A DNA stretch of 64,000 bases. It comes from Candidatus Altimarinota bacterium. GTDB lineage: Bacteria > Patescibacteriota > Gracilibacteria > 1-14-2-50-48-13. The position numbers were made by a program, and so were the translations under genes. The stretch covers positions 768,001 to 832,000 of the forward strand of contig JBKBWQ010000001.1 of NCBI GenBank assembly GCA_046314355.1, in the 5' to 3' direction. Of this stretch, positions 51,767 through 61,269 are shown piece by piece. The notes under the pieces were generated by a model. That model searched no databases and was not told the DNA's origin. It saw nothing but the letters and a program-made list of their open reading frames with translations. Positions within the stretch are counted from its first letter, which is position 1; each line of letters starts with the position of its first letter.

Positions 51767-54313
51767 CTATTCTTTATCGGCAAATACAACTAGCCGTTTA
51801 GAATACTGCTGTTGTTTCTTATCCCATACCCCGTCGCAAGTAATAAGATTCAAGTGCGCCTTACCGTCGCTAGAGCTGAAAATGGCAGCTGCATCATCAG
51901 AAGCACCATAAAGTTTGCTCTCACGCACAATAAATGAAACTATATTCCCTTTCTCATCCTTTACTAAAATCTTATCTCCTGGTTTTAGTTTTTGTAAATC
52001 TGCAAATACACCTCTCACATTATTGATCCAGTTGAGGTGTCCATCCATCACTGCGCTGCCAATATCACCTGGGTATGTTCCAAGTTCATACCAGCCTGCA
52101 TCAGAATAAGACTTTGGAATGTCCATCGCACCGTCTGCTGTCAGCCCTACTTTCTGGACTGCAGCATTAACCGCGATACTTGGGATAATAATATTTACTG
52201 GCAACACCCTTGTTTCAGGCACAACCCCTGTTTTTGGAAGCTTAGGAATAATAACAGGTGAAACAACGATAGGTGCTGGAACTGGAGCAGCGACTGGGGT
52301 GATAGCAGCAGGGACTCCAGGAACTGGAAGTGCAACAACTACAGTAGCTACTGCAATATCTCTGACTCTTATACCATTGCCAGTACCGCTCGCGATAGCA
52401 GTGTTTGTAGTAGTAGTTCTTAGGTATGCTCTACACGTATAGATCCATCTTTCATTCGTATCAAGCTTTGAATCTTTGTTTGTATCTCCAGAAACATATC
52501 TCACAGGGCGACATTTATCATCCGTCAAAGTCACGTTACTAAGTGGGACAGTACCAGTATTATTAATGATTTCTGTATAAGTTGCCCACCCCCCGCCTGA
52601 AGGTAAAGTAAGTGGTCTTGGAATTTTTATTACATGAATAGAAGGAGCCACAATAGGCTCGCCGACTATAACAGTAGCACTGGCTATGTCTACAGTACTG
52701 ATGTTATTTGCCCACCCAGTGGCAACTACTGTATTTGTATGAGTCTCTGTAAGTGTTGTGGTGCATTTATGTACCCAGACTTCCGTCAGATCAAGGATTG
52801 CATTCCCGTTGGTATCTCCTGAGAATAAGGCAATAGGACTGCATGTATCCCCCACTAACGTGATATTATTTACTACTACTGTTCCAATATTACGTAGAGT
52901 GTACGTATATTCTACTGCTCCAGGACCATTAGGTAGAGCAAGAGGACTTGGGGTTTTTACAATATCAATAAGCGGAGGAACTGCAGGTGTAGTAACTGGT
53001 GTACTCACAGGAGGAGTATATCCCCCTCCACCACCGGAAGTGGGAGGGAAAGGAATATCATTATTTGTAATAATACAAAAACGTGCCTCACTCACATTGA
53101 GCGTAACAATACCTAACGCATTACAGTCACCGGAAAATGACTGCGTATAATTAGGGTCAGCCGTTTCTGTCACCGTATATATAGCTGGAGCAAGTGTATT
53201 TGTAATACCTGAGACAACAGGTGCCCCATTGATGAATAATGGGAAATCGGCAATCACTTTAGTTCTGCCGCTATCATTGATCACCACCTTTGTGACTGTA
53301 ATTGTAGAAGGTGCAATATCATTATTTGTAACCGTACATGTCCTATCATTTTCTGATGCAAGAATAATATTTCCAGCCGCATCACAATCTCCGCTATAGG
53401 TCACCGTATACCCAGCAAGTGCATCTTCACTTACCGCGTAGGTACCTGGATCCAAAACATAAGTAGTCCCCAATACATCAACTCCTGCCTGCGGGCTGCC
53501 TGCAACATCAATGCCGCCTGTAGTTACATGCAGTGTCGCATCAGAAGAAACTCCAATACCTGTATTATCATTAATCACTGTCTTGATTACATGAAGCGTT
53601 GCAGTACATGTGGGAACAGTAATAGTATTCGTATCAGTAGTCACAGTACCTGCCCCAAGCGACAATGCTCTACCATTCCAAACTGTATTTGCTCCGATAG
53701 TAATGGCTGTAGCATCATCAATCACAGTTCCAGCAAAAATAGTATTTGCCGCAAGAGTAGTCGCTGCGGTTGGCGTCCAAAATACATCGCAAGCTGATGC
53801 TCCAAGTAGCGTCACAACGGAACCCGCCGTAGACGTAAGTGCTCCTGTCGGTCTAAAAATATAGGTACCCGCACCGCTCAATGTAAGTGGTCCTCCGATA
53901 TCCATAGCACCCGTGCTACAGTAGACTCCAGGTGTATATACTCCAACTGGACCATGAGTTGCATCTGTGGAAAGATCGATAGCTCCAGCAGCAAAAGTAA
54001 AGGTACAAGGTTGAACTCCTAAAGCACCAAGCGCAGTATTTACATCAATACGCGCAGCCGGTGTAGGGGCACCAGGACCATAACTGGTATGAATACCAGC
54101 AGGTACCGTTGCCGGTGGAGTAGTAAATCCAATACCGCCGTCGATCGTTGTACCCGCGGCAACATTCGTATATGTTCCTGCAAGAACGCCGTAAGTCTCA
54201 CCTGTTCCAAGATCAGGAGTCGTAGCTGCATTAGCCACATTTCCTGAGAAACCAAATAATAATGTAAAAGCGAATACGACTACAATCGTATTCTTCCTAA
54301 GGAAATTTATCAT
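51767..54313 (-). CDS. ice-binding-like (DUF3494) adhesin with Ig-like repeats, LPKTG motif and fused class F sortase
   Basis: Signal peptide; YGVLAG, TPGVYC, GTYIF, CDVFW, FAGTV, GRAL (DUF3494); KTVIND...TCTVTNND repeats; LPKTG at 52226-52240; sortase GWY, GH, LITC, R motifs. Confidence 0.85.
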   Translation of the reverse strand: MINFLRKNTIVVVFAFTLLFGFSGNVANAATTPDLGTGETYGVLAGTYTNVAAGTTIDGGIGFTTPPATVPAGIHTSYGPGAPTPAARIDVNTALGALGVQPCTFTFAAGAIDLSTDATHGPVGVYTPGVYCSTGAMDIGGPLTLSGAGTYIFRPTGALTSTAGSVVTLLGASACDVFWTPTAATTLAANTIFAGTVIDDATAITIGANTVWNGRALSLGAGTVTTDTNTITVPTCTATLHVIKTVINDNTGIGVSSDATLHVTTGGIDVAGSPQAGVDVLGTTYVLDPGTYAVSEDALAGYTVTYSGDCDAAGNIILASENDRTCTVTNNDIAPSTITVTKVVINDSGRTKVIADFPLFINGAPVVSGITNTLAPAIYTVTETADPNYTQSFSGDCNALGIVTLNVSEARFCIITNNDIPFPPTSGGGGGYTPPVSTPVTTPAVPPLIDIVKTPSPLALPNGPGAVEYTYTLRNIGTVVVNNITLVGDTCSPIALFSGDTNGNAILDLTEVWVHKCTTTLTETHTNTVVATGWANNISTVDIASATVIVGEPIVAPSIHVIKIPRPLTLPSGGGWATYTEIINNTGTVPLSNVTLTDDKCRPVRYVSGDTNKDSKLDTNERWIYTCRAYLRTTTTNTAIASGTGNGIRVRDIAVATVVVALPVPGVPAAITPVAAPVPAPIVVSPVIIPKLPKTGVVPETRVLPVNIIIPSIAVNAAVQKVGLTADGAMDIPKSYSDAGWYELGTYPGDIGSAVMDGHLNWINNVRGVFADLQKLKPGDKILVKDEKGNIVSFIVRESKLYGASDDAAAIFSSSDGKAHLNLITCDGVWDKKQQQYSKRLVVFADKE

Positions 54314-54573
54314 TATATTTGGGTAACAGTTATATACTGACAATCATATCACGAATACTGCTTTACATGTAAAAAATCTATTGTTGAATTATAAAACTCT
54401 GTTAATTGATTAGGATACATATCCATCAAAAAGTAAATTAATCTCCTAGCTCCTGGTAGGCATAGCGTAATGGATACTCCTAAATCATATCGTAAATAAA
54501 CTTAACTTTTGATAACCTTGATTTTTAGCAGCATTAGAAATATTATTATCTATTATTTTCTGATGACTCTCCT

Positions 54574-55461
54574 ATGAAGACACAACAGATAAAGACTCTT
54601 CTCCTGGACACTTTCTCAGCATGGCAAAAGGATAACGTACCAAGGATGAGTGCTGCCCTTTCCTACTATACAGTATTTTCTCTGGCACCTCTTTTGATCA
54701 TTATCATCTCCGTCGCTGGTATATTCCTGGGACAAGATGCAGCTCAAGGAAATATAGTAGCTCAGATGCAGAGTCTCATAGGACAAAGCGGAGCAACTTT
54801 CATACAGGACATCTTAAAGAACGCTTCCAAGCCTGAGGCAAGCAGTATTGCTGCAGTCATCGGAGTCATCACGCTTGTGCTTGGTGCATCTGGAGTATTT
54901 TCAGAACTGCAGAGTTCTCTCAATACTATCTGGGGAGTAAAGCCTGATCCAAAAAAAGGTATTTGGGGAGCTATCAAGGATAGATTCCTTTCGTTTACTC
55001 TTGTCATCGGTGTCGCCTTTCTCCTGCTGGTATCTCTTTCAGTAGATGCAGTACTGTCTGCTCTCAATGACTATATCGCCTCCCTGCTCTCAAGCTTTGC
55101 AGCTACATATATGATACAAGGATTAAGTGTACTCATATCATTTTTGCTCATCACCGTACTCTTCGGATTGATCTACAAGGTACTGCCTGACCGCAATTTG
55201 AAATGGAGACATGTTATTATCGGAGCACTTGTTACTTCATTTTTATTCACCATTGGTAAATTTCTCATTGGTCTTTACATTGGGAATAGTAATTTTACAG
55301 ATACTTACGGTGCCGCAGGATCTTTGATAGTCATCCTGCTTTGGGTATTCTACGCAAGCTCTATCCTCTTTTTAGGAGCTGAGTTTACAAAGGTGTATGT
55401 ACGGAGTGAGGGTGCAAAGGTGGAAACTACAAAGGGTGCGAGAGTGCGTAAGGCTCAGTAA
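54574..55461 (+). CDS. YihY/BrkB family membrane protein
   Basis: AALSYYTVFSLAP, LNTIW, YGAAGSLIVILLWVFY, GAEF. Confidence 0.92.
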   Translation: MKTQQIKTLLLDTFSAWQKDNVPRMSAALSYYTVFSLAPLLIIIISVAGIFLGQDAAQGNIVAQMQSLIGQSGATFIQDILKNASKPEASSIAAVIGVITLVLGASGVFSELQSSLNTIWGVKPDPKKGIWGAIKDRFLSFTLVIGVAFLLLVSLSVDAVLSALNDYIASLLSSFAATYMIQGLSVLISFLLITVLFGLIYKVLPDRNLKWRHVIIGALVTSFLFTIGKFLIGLYIGNSNFTDTYGAAGSLIVILLWVFYASSILFLGAEFTKVYVRSEGAKVETTKGARVRKAQ

Positions 55462-55542
55462 TTGGGGCGCTATCATTAGGCTCAATAATTAAGTAATTGA
55501 ACTCAATGCTTCCGCTTATACATTCTTTTACAACTAATATCT

Positions 55543-56277
55543 ATGCCTGAAGGTCCATCTATCATTATACTAAAAGAAGAACTGCTTCCTTTTAAGGGGA
55601 AGAAAGTCATAGAAGTATCAGGAAACAGTAAACAAGATATCCAGAGAATAAAAGGCAAAAAGATTTTTGATTTTCAAAGCTGGGGAAAGCATACGCTGAT
55701 ACAGTTTCAGGATTTTTTTGTGAAGATTCATCTCCTCATGTTTGGAAGTTATAGAATCAACGAAAGAAAAGAAGAGAGAGAACCAAGACTTTCTCTGAAA
55801 TTTGCAAAGGGTGAAATAAATTTTTATAGCTGTGCAGTGACAATTTTTGAGTGACAAACAAAGGATATTTATAACTGGACTACTGACATTATGTCAGAGA
55901 ACTGGGATCCTGAAGCAGCTTATAAAAAATTAAAATCAATGCCAGATACGCTTGTCTGTGATGCACTGCTGGATCAGAATATTTTTTCAGGAGTGGGCAA
56001 TATTATAAAAAATGAAGTATTGTTTAGAATACGGGTTCATCCTTCAAGTACTATTGGCGCCCTTCCCTCCAGGAAACTTCGAGAACTCATCGAAGATGCG
56101 CATACGTATAGTTTTTTATTCCTTGAATGGAAAAAAGCATACACCCTTAAAAAACATTGGCAGGTACATACCAAGAAAGAATGTCCAAGAGATCATGAAA
56201 AAGTGAAGAAAGAATATCTTGGTAAGACTCACAGAAGAACCTTTTTTTGTGAGAAATGCCAAATACTCTATCTCTAA
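55543..56277 (+). pseudogene. Fpg/Nei-family DNA glycosylase interrupted by one in-frame TGA
   Basis: MPEGP N-terminus, WGKH, IHLLMFG; TGA at 55852; the same frame continues to LLDQNIFSGVGNIIKNE (H2TH) and a C-terminal zinc finger. Confidence 0.8.
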
Positions 56278-56281
56278 TACT

Positions 56282-56701
56282 CTACTCGCAGGAACAGTAT
56301 GCAGCAGCAATCGGATACAGCTGTTTTAATAGATTCTCTGAGATACCACTTGCTCTTGCAGCCTGCAGTTTTGGGGTAAGTACCAATCTACTAAATTCAG
56401 ATATATTATCCATATTCTCCTTATACGAGAGCTGCCCTCTTTTTGCTCTTAGAGTAGTATTCAGCATGCCGTATACGATACTATCTATATTCTCATAGTA
56501 TTTCTGGTACAGCATCAATAATTCTTTATATAGAAAAAACTGCTCCGGAGTCATCTGGAGGAGCTCCTGCATTTTATGATTAAAATGTACCTTTATAGAT
56601 TCCGGCTGTTTGCCGTAATTTATCTCTAAGCTCTCCTTATCATTTATACTATTAAGCAGCAGTCCCTGGTAGAGTTCAGGACTTACTTGTTTTGCGTACA
56701 T
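56282..56701 (-). CDS. hypothetical protein
   Basis: 139-aa ORF only. Confidence 0.5.
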   Translation of the reverse strand: MYAKQVSPELYQGLLLNSINDKESLEINYGKQPESIKVHFNHKMQELLQMTPEQFFLYKELLMLYQKYYENIDSIVYGMLNTTLRAKRGQLSYKENMDNISEFSRLVLTPKLQAARASGISENLLKQLYPIAAAYCSCE

Positions 56702-56933
56702 ACTGATATAGTATAAAGAATAATATTTTTCTTTATTTTAGTTAAAAGAGTAAAAGAAGCGTTAGTTTGGTAAGGATCATTTAAAGTAATATTTAGAATA
56801 TAATTGACATAAACTAAATTAATATTAAAGTACCATATTCAATAGGCACTATCTTTTGATGAGCTGCTTAAAGAATACATGTTCATTAAAAATCAGGTAC
56901 ATTAAATATTGTTGGTAAAAAAGGGGAAAAGTA

Positions 56934-57728
56934 ATGAAAATTGTAAAAATGATTGTAGGTATCATAACAGTTATCCAGTGTGTAGGGTGTTCAGTACAAC
57001 CATTAGCTGCCATTCCTTCTGTACAGGCTGTAGCAATGGATACTTCAGATGTAAAAGTTATAGAAACTCATACACATGAAGATGAACATGCATCAAGTCC
57101 AGTTATTACAGAAGTATCTGTAGAAAAAAGTGCAAAACAGAAATTTGTTGAAGAACTTATCAGTAAGTTTCCAGCACATCTTTCTACAAGTCTTACTCTC
57201 ATACAGGTTAACGATAGTTTCGGAGTAAGAGGACTCTCAAACGGATCTCGTATGTATATCAACCTTGGAAAGATGTCCGACCAGGAACTTTCCGCTGTAG
57301 TTATACATGAGCTCGGTCATGTTATAGATCTAGGTTATCTCTTAGGTAAAGAGACTCCTAGTCCATTTATGGATGGTACCTCACAAGTGTATGCAAATGA
57401 CCCTAGTGTCGGCTTTTATTCTATTAGCTGGGAAGCTAGCAATAAAAGAAAAAGCAGAACCCCTCTGGATTATGTAAGTGGCTATGCCATGAGTGATCCT
57501 TTTGAAGACTTCGCAGAATCTTTTGCGTACTATGTTTTACAGGGGCAAAACTTTAGAAAAATGGCTAAGGAAAACGAAGCTCTCAAACAAAAATACTCCT
57601 TTATTAAAGAATTTATTTTCCAGAATAAAGAATTTGATCTTGGAGAAGCAGCTTATATTTCAGACGGTCGTTCATATGACGTCACCGTTCTGCCATATAA
57701 GTTTGAAAACCTAATTGCAGCATTGTAA
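56934..57728 (+). CDS. secreted/lipoprotein zinc metallopeptidase
   Basis: Lipobox-like CVGC, HELGH, YVSGYA...EDFAES; TTGACA-N16-TAAAGT upstream. Confidence 0.75.
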   Translation: MKIVKMIVGIITVIQCVGCSVQPLAAIPSVQAVAMDTSDVKVIETHTHEDEHASSPVITEVSVEKSAKQKFVEELISKFPAHLSTSLTLIQVNDSFGVRGLSNGSRMYINLGKMSDQELSAVVIHELGHVIDLGYLLGKETPSPFMDGTSQVYANDPSVGFYSISWEASNKRKSRTPLDYVSGYAMSDPFEDFAESFAYYVLQGQNFRKMAKENEALKQKYSFIKEFIFQNKEFDLGEAAYISDGRSYDVTVLPYKFENLIAAL

Positions 57729-57895
57729 TGTACCTGAAGTTGATGCTCTTACTAAATAGTAAGAGCATTTTTTAGTATATAAACTTTCTTGTTTTAGTAA
57801 TCGATTAGTTAATAAATATTGACAATTATATAAAATAATATTAATTACTTATTGTCAAATAATTGATCATTGAAATAAAAAGGAGAAGTTCTAGT

Positions 57896-58933
57896 ATGAA
57901 AAATTCTTTCGAAAATCTTACTATTAAACAGAAAGAGGTTATTAAAATGGAAAGAAAATATTTTGTTATGGTAAGTAATCTTGATGAACTTACAGATGAA
58001 GAGTCTTTTACTATAATAGAAAAAGCAAAAGATATTGCACCAGATGCAATCTTATACTTTGCTCCACTTATAGCGAAGCGTTCATGGTTTAACGAAGATA
58101 TTTTCAAGTATGTTGTTAATAAACTTCATGGAAAAGAAGATGAAATTCTTATTGAAGCATACCATTGGTTTAAAAGATACTCATGGTATCGCGATATAGA
58201 TTTTAATCATGCAGCACAATTGTGTTTAATGAAAAAGAACTATAATAGTATTCTACTTGCATCAGGAGAGTTTCAGGAGACTACATGGTTTAATCCTTAC
58301 TTAGAAGAAGCAATTCATAGTTCTTTGAGTTCTAAGTCAGAAGAAGGATCGCATATTGTTTTAACACTAGTAGAAAGACCATATCTCTATTGGGTAACAA
58401 AAGATATAATAAAGAATATCTTCCAGGTATACCCTGATGATTTCTTATCCATAGTAGAAACTAAGTACTATGAAAAGATTTTTACCAAAAAAGAACTAAT
58501 TGAAGAATTAGCAGTATTTCCACTAAGTGAAGAAGCTATAGAAAAACTCTATTTTCTACATGTATTACCATGGGATATTGATCAGTCAGAAATCACTCAA
58601 GAAATTTTCAACTCTAATGAAAAAAGAGCAAATTTTCTTGTTACTCTTTCTGAAAAGAAAGAAGACGGTGATTTAAATTATCATGATTGGAGACAAAATT
58701 TCTTTGAAAATCTATTCCAGGTTATAAGTATCTATCAGCAATTTATAACCAAAGAAGATTTAGATAAACTGTTAGAGATGATTGAAGGAGTAGATGTTGG
58801 TGAATATTTATCTATTTGCGCTGATCTTTCTCATAAAAATTTGGAAGAAGAGTATAAAGATATTTTCACCTTTTGGATTGAAGATCATCTACACGCAGGA
58901 GAACTTTTAGGTAATAAATATAAAAATCAGTAA
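57896..58933 (+). CDS. hypothetical protein
   Basis: Long AT-rich ORF; AAGGAG RBS before the ATG at 57896. Confidence 0.7.
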   Translation: MKNSFENLTIKQKEVIKMERKYFVMVSNLDELTDEESFTIIEKAKDIAPDAILYFAPLIAKRSWFNEDIFKYVVNKLHGKEDEILIEAYHWFKRYSWYRDIDFNHAAQLCLMKKNYNSILLASGEFQETTWFNPYLEEAIHSSLSSKSEEGSHIVLTLVERPYLYWVTKDIIKNIFQVYPDDFLSIVETKYYEKIFTKKELIEELAVFPLSEEAIEKLYFLHVLPWDIDQSEITQEIFNSNEKRANFLVTLSEKKEDGDLNYHDWRQNFFENLFQVISIYQQFITKEDLDKLLEMIEGVDVGEYLSICADLSHKNLEEEYKDIFTFWIEDHLHAGELLGNKYKNQ

Positions 58934-58991
58934 AGGAATATACACTCTTTAAGCACTTTAGAATACAAAGTGCTTTTTCTATGTATTATAA

Positions 58992-59068
58992 AAAACACCC
59001 GTCTATCTTTCAATAAACGGGTGTTACTTTCTTATTTACTCCTTCACTTCCCCTTCAATAACATCATC
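58992..59068 (-). repeat. duplicate of the dnaK 3' end and terminator
   Basis: Matches 61228-61302: codons [10 protein letters not shown] and the CACCCG...CGGGTG terminator. Confidence 0.85.
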
Positions 59069-59301
59069 TTCAACTCCCCGGCAGTGTCTCCCGCTAGGGA
59101 CACTGCCGGAGAATTGAATAGTATTTCATTAATTATACAAAGTCAGGAGATATAAAAGTATTGTGTGAAGAAAGATCACTTCAGCTCACCAGCAGTGCCA
59201 GATATATAAAACATTGCTATTTCATAAACTTTTCATAATATAAAGCCAGCTTCTTACACGTTGATCATTTACATTTTATTATAAGTCCCAAAGGAGGATT
59301 T

Positions 59302-59631
59302 ATGGAACAAGCACTAAAAAATAAAACGATACAGATCGTAAAACAGACCTTTTTTGCGATCTGTGCAGCATTTGCCATTTCATTGATAATTGTTCATGGA
59401 ATTCATTCTGTACCAATTATGTTTGGGAATGAATTTATCATGTCACGCTGCGAGGCAGGAATGTTCGTATCGTTCATGATGATTGTTATGATAGGTATTT
59501 TTAAGCTACATGATATTGTCTTCATGGAAGATAATTCTTTGAACGCTGAACAATACCTTATAGGTTTTCTCATGTTTGCAGCTATATATGTCGGAAGTGG
59601 ATTTCTGGCGATGTACTCGCTCATGCATTAA
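59302..59631 (+). CDS. 3-TM membrane protein
   Basis: AGGAGG RBS, three hydrophobic segments. Confidence 0.7.
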   Translation: MEQALKNKTIQIVKQTFFAICAAFAISLIIVHGIHSVPIMFGNEFIMSRCEAGMFVSFMMIVMIGIFKLHDIVFMEDNSLNAEQYLIGFLMFAAIYVGSGFLAMYSLMH

Positions 59632-59684
59632 TAAAAAAAGTAATCGTAAGAAGCATTACTGTCTGACAATATACTTGTCAGACT

Positions 59685-60215
59685 TTTTTTACGTACAGGA
59701 AACCCCGGAGCTAGTGTATGGTACAATCCCCTCATGAGAATTCAAAACTATCCCATAGCACGTACCAACACTTATATCACCTCGTGTGGGGTACGAAATA
59801 CCGTAGAAGGTATTTGAAGCCCTACGTGAAAGAGGAGCTTTTAGCATGGTTAAACAAAGAATTTAAGAAGTACCCTACACTCCATTTGGATGTAGTAAAT
59901 GTTGATGAAGATCATATTCATCTTCAAGTAGAGATTCCGCCGAATGTGTTGGTAAGTCGAGTGGTACTTGAAGAGTGGTTCGAGTAGGGTGCTGATCAAG
60001 AAGTTTCCGTTTATTCGGCGGATGTATGTAGAAAACAGCATCTGGAGTGTAGAATATTTCTCATCCACCGTAGGGCTGAATGAGGAGATAGTTAGAAAGT
60101 ACATCGAACAACAGGGCGCTCACGAGTACCCAGAGGAAACGAGTTTTTGAGTGCTCATGATGCCCGGAGGGAAACCCCGGAGCTAGCGTAGCGTACTCCG
60201 GGGAGGAAGTCCTTT
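59685..60215 (+). mobile_element. IS200/IS605-family element, decayed copy
   Basis: Near-identical to 4599-5219 in inverted orientation; left end partly deleted. Confidence 0.85.
59734..60150 (+). pseudogene. tnpA: frameshifted IS200 tnpA
   Basis: 1-bp deletion in codon 5 (A5 to A4), 5-bp deletion near 59967 and a G to E change in WSVGYF. Confidence 0.85.
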
Positions 60216-60300
60216 GTGTTAAGTGAACACTGGACATTCATACTTGAAAGTACAGCCAAAATATTGATATACTACCTATATCAATATTCTATACTAATCT

Positions 60301-60735
60301 ATGAGCAGCTGGCTAAAGTTTATGCATATTTTACTTTTCATTTATGGTTTGACGACAGTTTATGTCTCAATAAATAATCAAGTAATTTCTTGGGACAATA
60401 CATTTATGTTATTTACAGGCATAGTTATCATAGGAAGTACCAGTTTGTTTCTTACTAGAGATCATCTTGCAGCTAAAAAACTTCAAACTCTTAAAAAAAT
60501 TGGTATTCCTATTACAACATTTTCTGTAAAAAGTAATAACTATACCTTAAAGAATAATAGAGGATGGCCAAAATTTTTTTTCACCCAAGGTATCTATAAC
60601 GGCACTGAACAAATGTTTAAAAGTGCACCCCTATGGAAAAATCCTAAGGAGAGCTTTAAGGAAAAACCTGTTACTGTTTATATCGATCCTAGCTTTAACA
60701 AAAATTATGCAATGGATTTAGAGGAATTTTTGTAG
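60301..60735 (+). CDS. 2-TM membrane protein
   Basis: Two TMs, C-terminal VTVYIDP..NKNYAMD. Confidence 0.7.
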   Translation: MSSWLKFMHILLFIYGLTTVYVSINNQVISWDNTFMLFTGIVIIGSTSLFLTRDHLAAKKLQTLKKIGIPITTFSVKSNNYTLKNNRGWPKFFFTQGIYNGTEQMFKSAPLWKNPKESFKEKPVTVYIDPSFNKNYAMDLEEFL

Positions 60736-60878
60736 TATTGGAAATACTAAGGTAGAGAACTTAAAACAAGATATTTTTTTTTCGTATATTCTTCAAGTTT
60801 CTCCTTCATTTAAAAACTTGTAAAAGATCTAATTCAATTAGAGAGCGAAAACCGATAGGATCATCATTTATAATTTTA

Positions 60879-61193
60879 TTAAAAAGATAATCGAAAATAC
60901 TTTTGCCTATTACCTTGTGGGAGAGTAGTTTCATCGGCTCCTAAGCTAGCTACCCTATTTATAGTTTTATGTGTAACCTGTAATTGCTTAGGATTTATAT
61001 TCTTTTCAATCAAATAACTTTTAACTTCTTTTTCCGTTTGTAACTTTTTATCAAGTGGAACTGTCAAAATATCAAAACCGTCTTCTCCATCTATATAACT
61101 ACTGATTCTTAACTGATCTCTTATTAGATCATCAATCCTAGCAATATTCTCTACATAATGACTCGATCTATAAATATAAGAGTACTTCTGCAT
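60879..61193 (-). CDS. hypothetical protein
   Basis: 104-aa ORF downstream of dnaK. Confidence 0.5.
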   Translation of the reverse strand: MQKYSYIYRSSHYVENIARIDDLIRDQLRISSYIDGEDGFDILTVPLDKKLQTEKEVKSYLIEKNINPKQLQVTHKTINRVASLGADETTLPQGNRQKYFRLSF

Positions 61194-61227
61194 ATTTATT
61201 AAATTTAAAAACTAAGTAAATGATTTT

Positions 61228-61265
61228 AAAACACCCGCCTACTTCTCAGTAAACGGGTGCTTTTT
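61228..61265 (-). terminator. dnaK terminator
   Basis: CACCCG...CGGGTG stem with A/T tracts on both sides. Confidence 0.65.
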
Positions 61266-61269
61266 CCTC

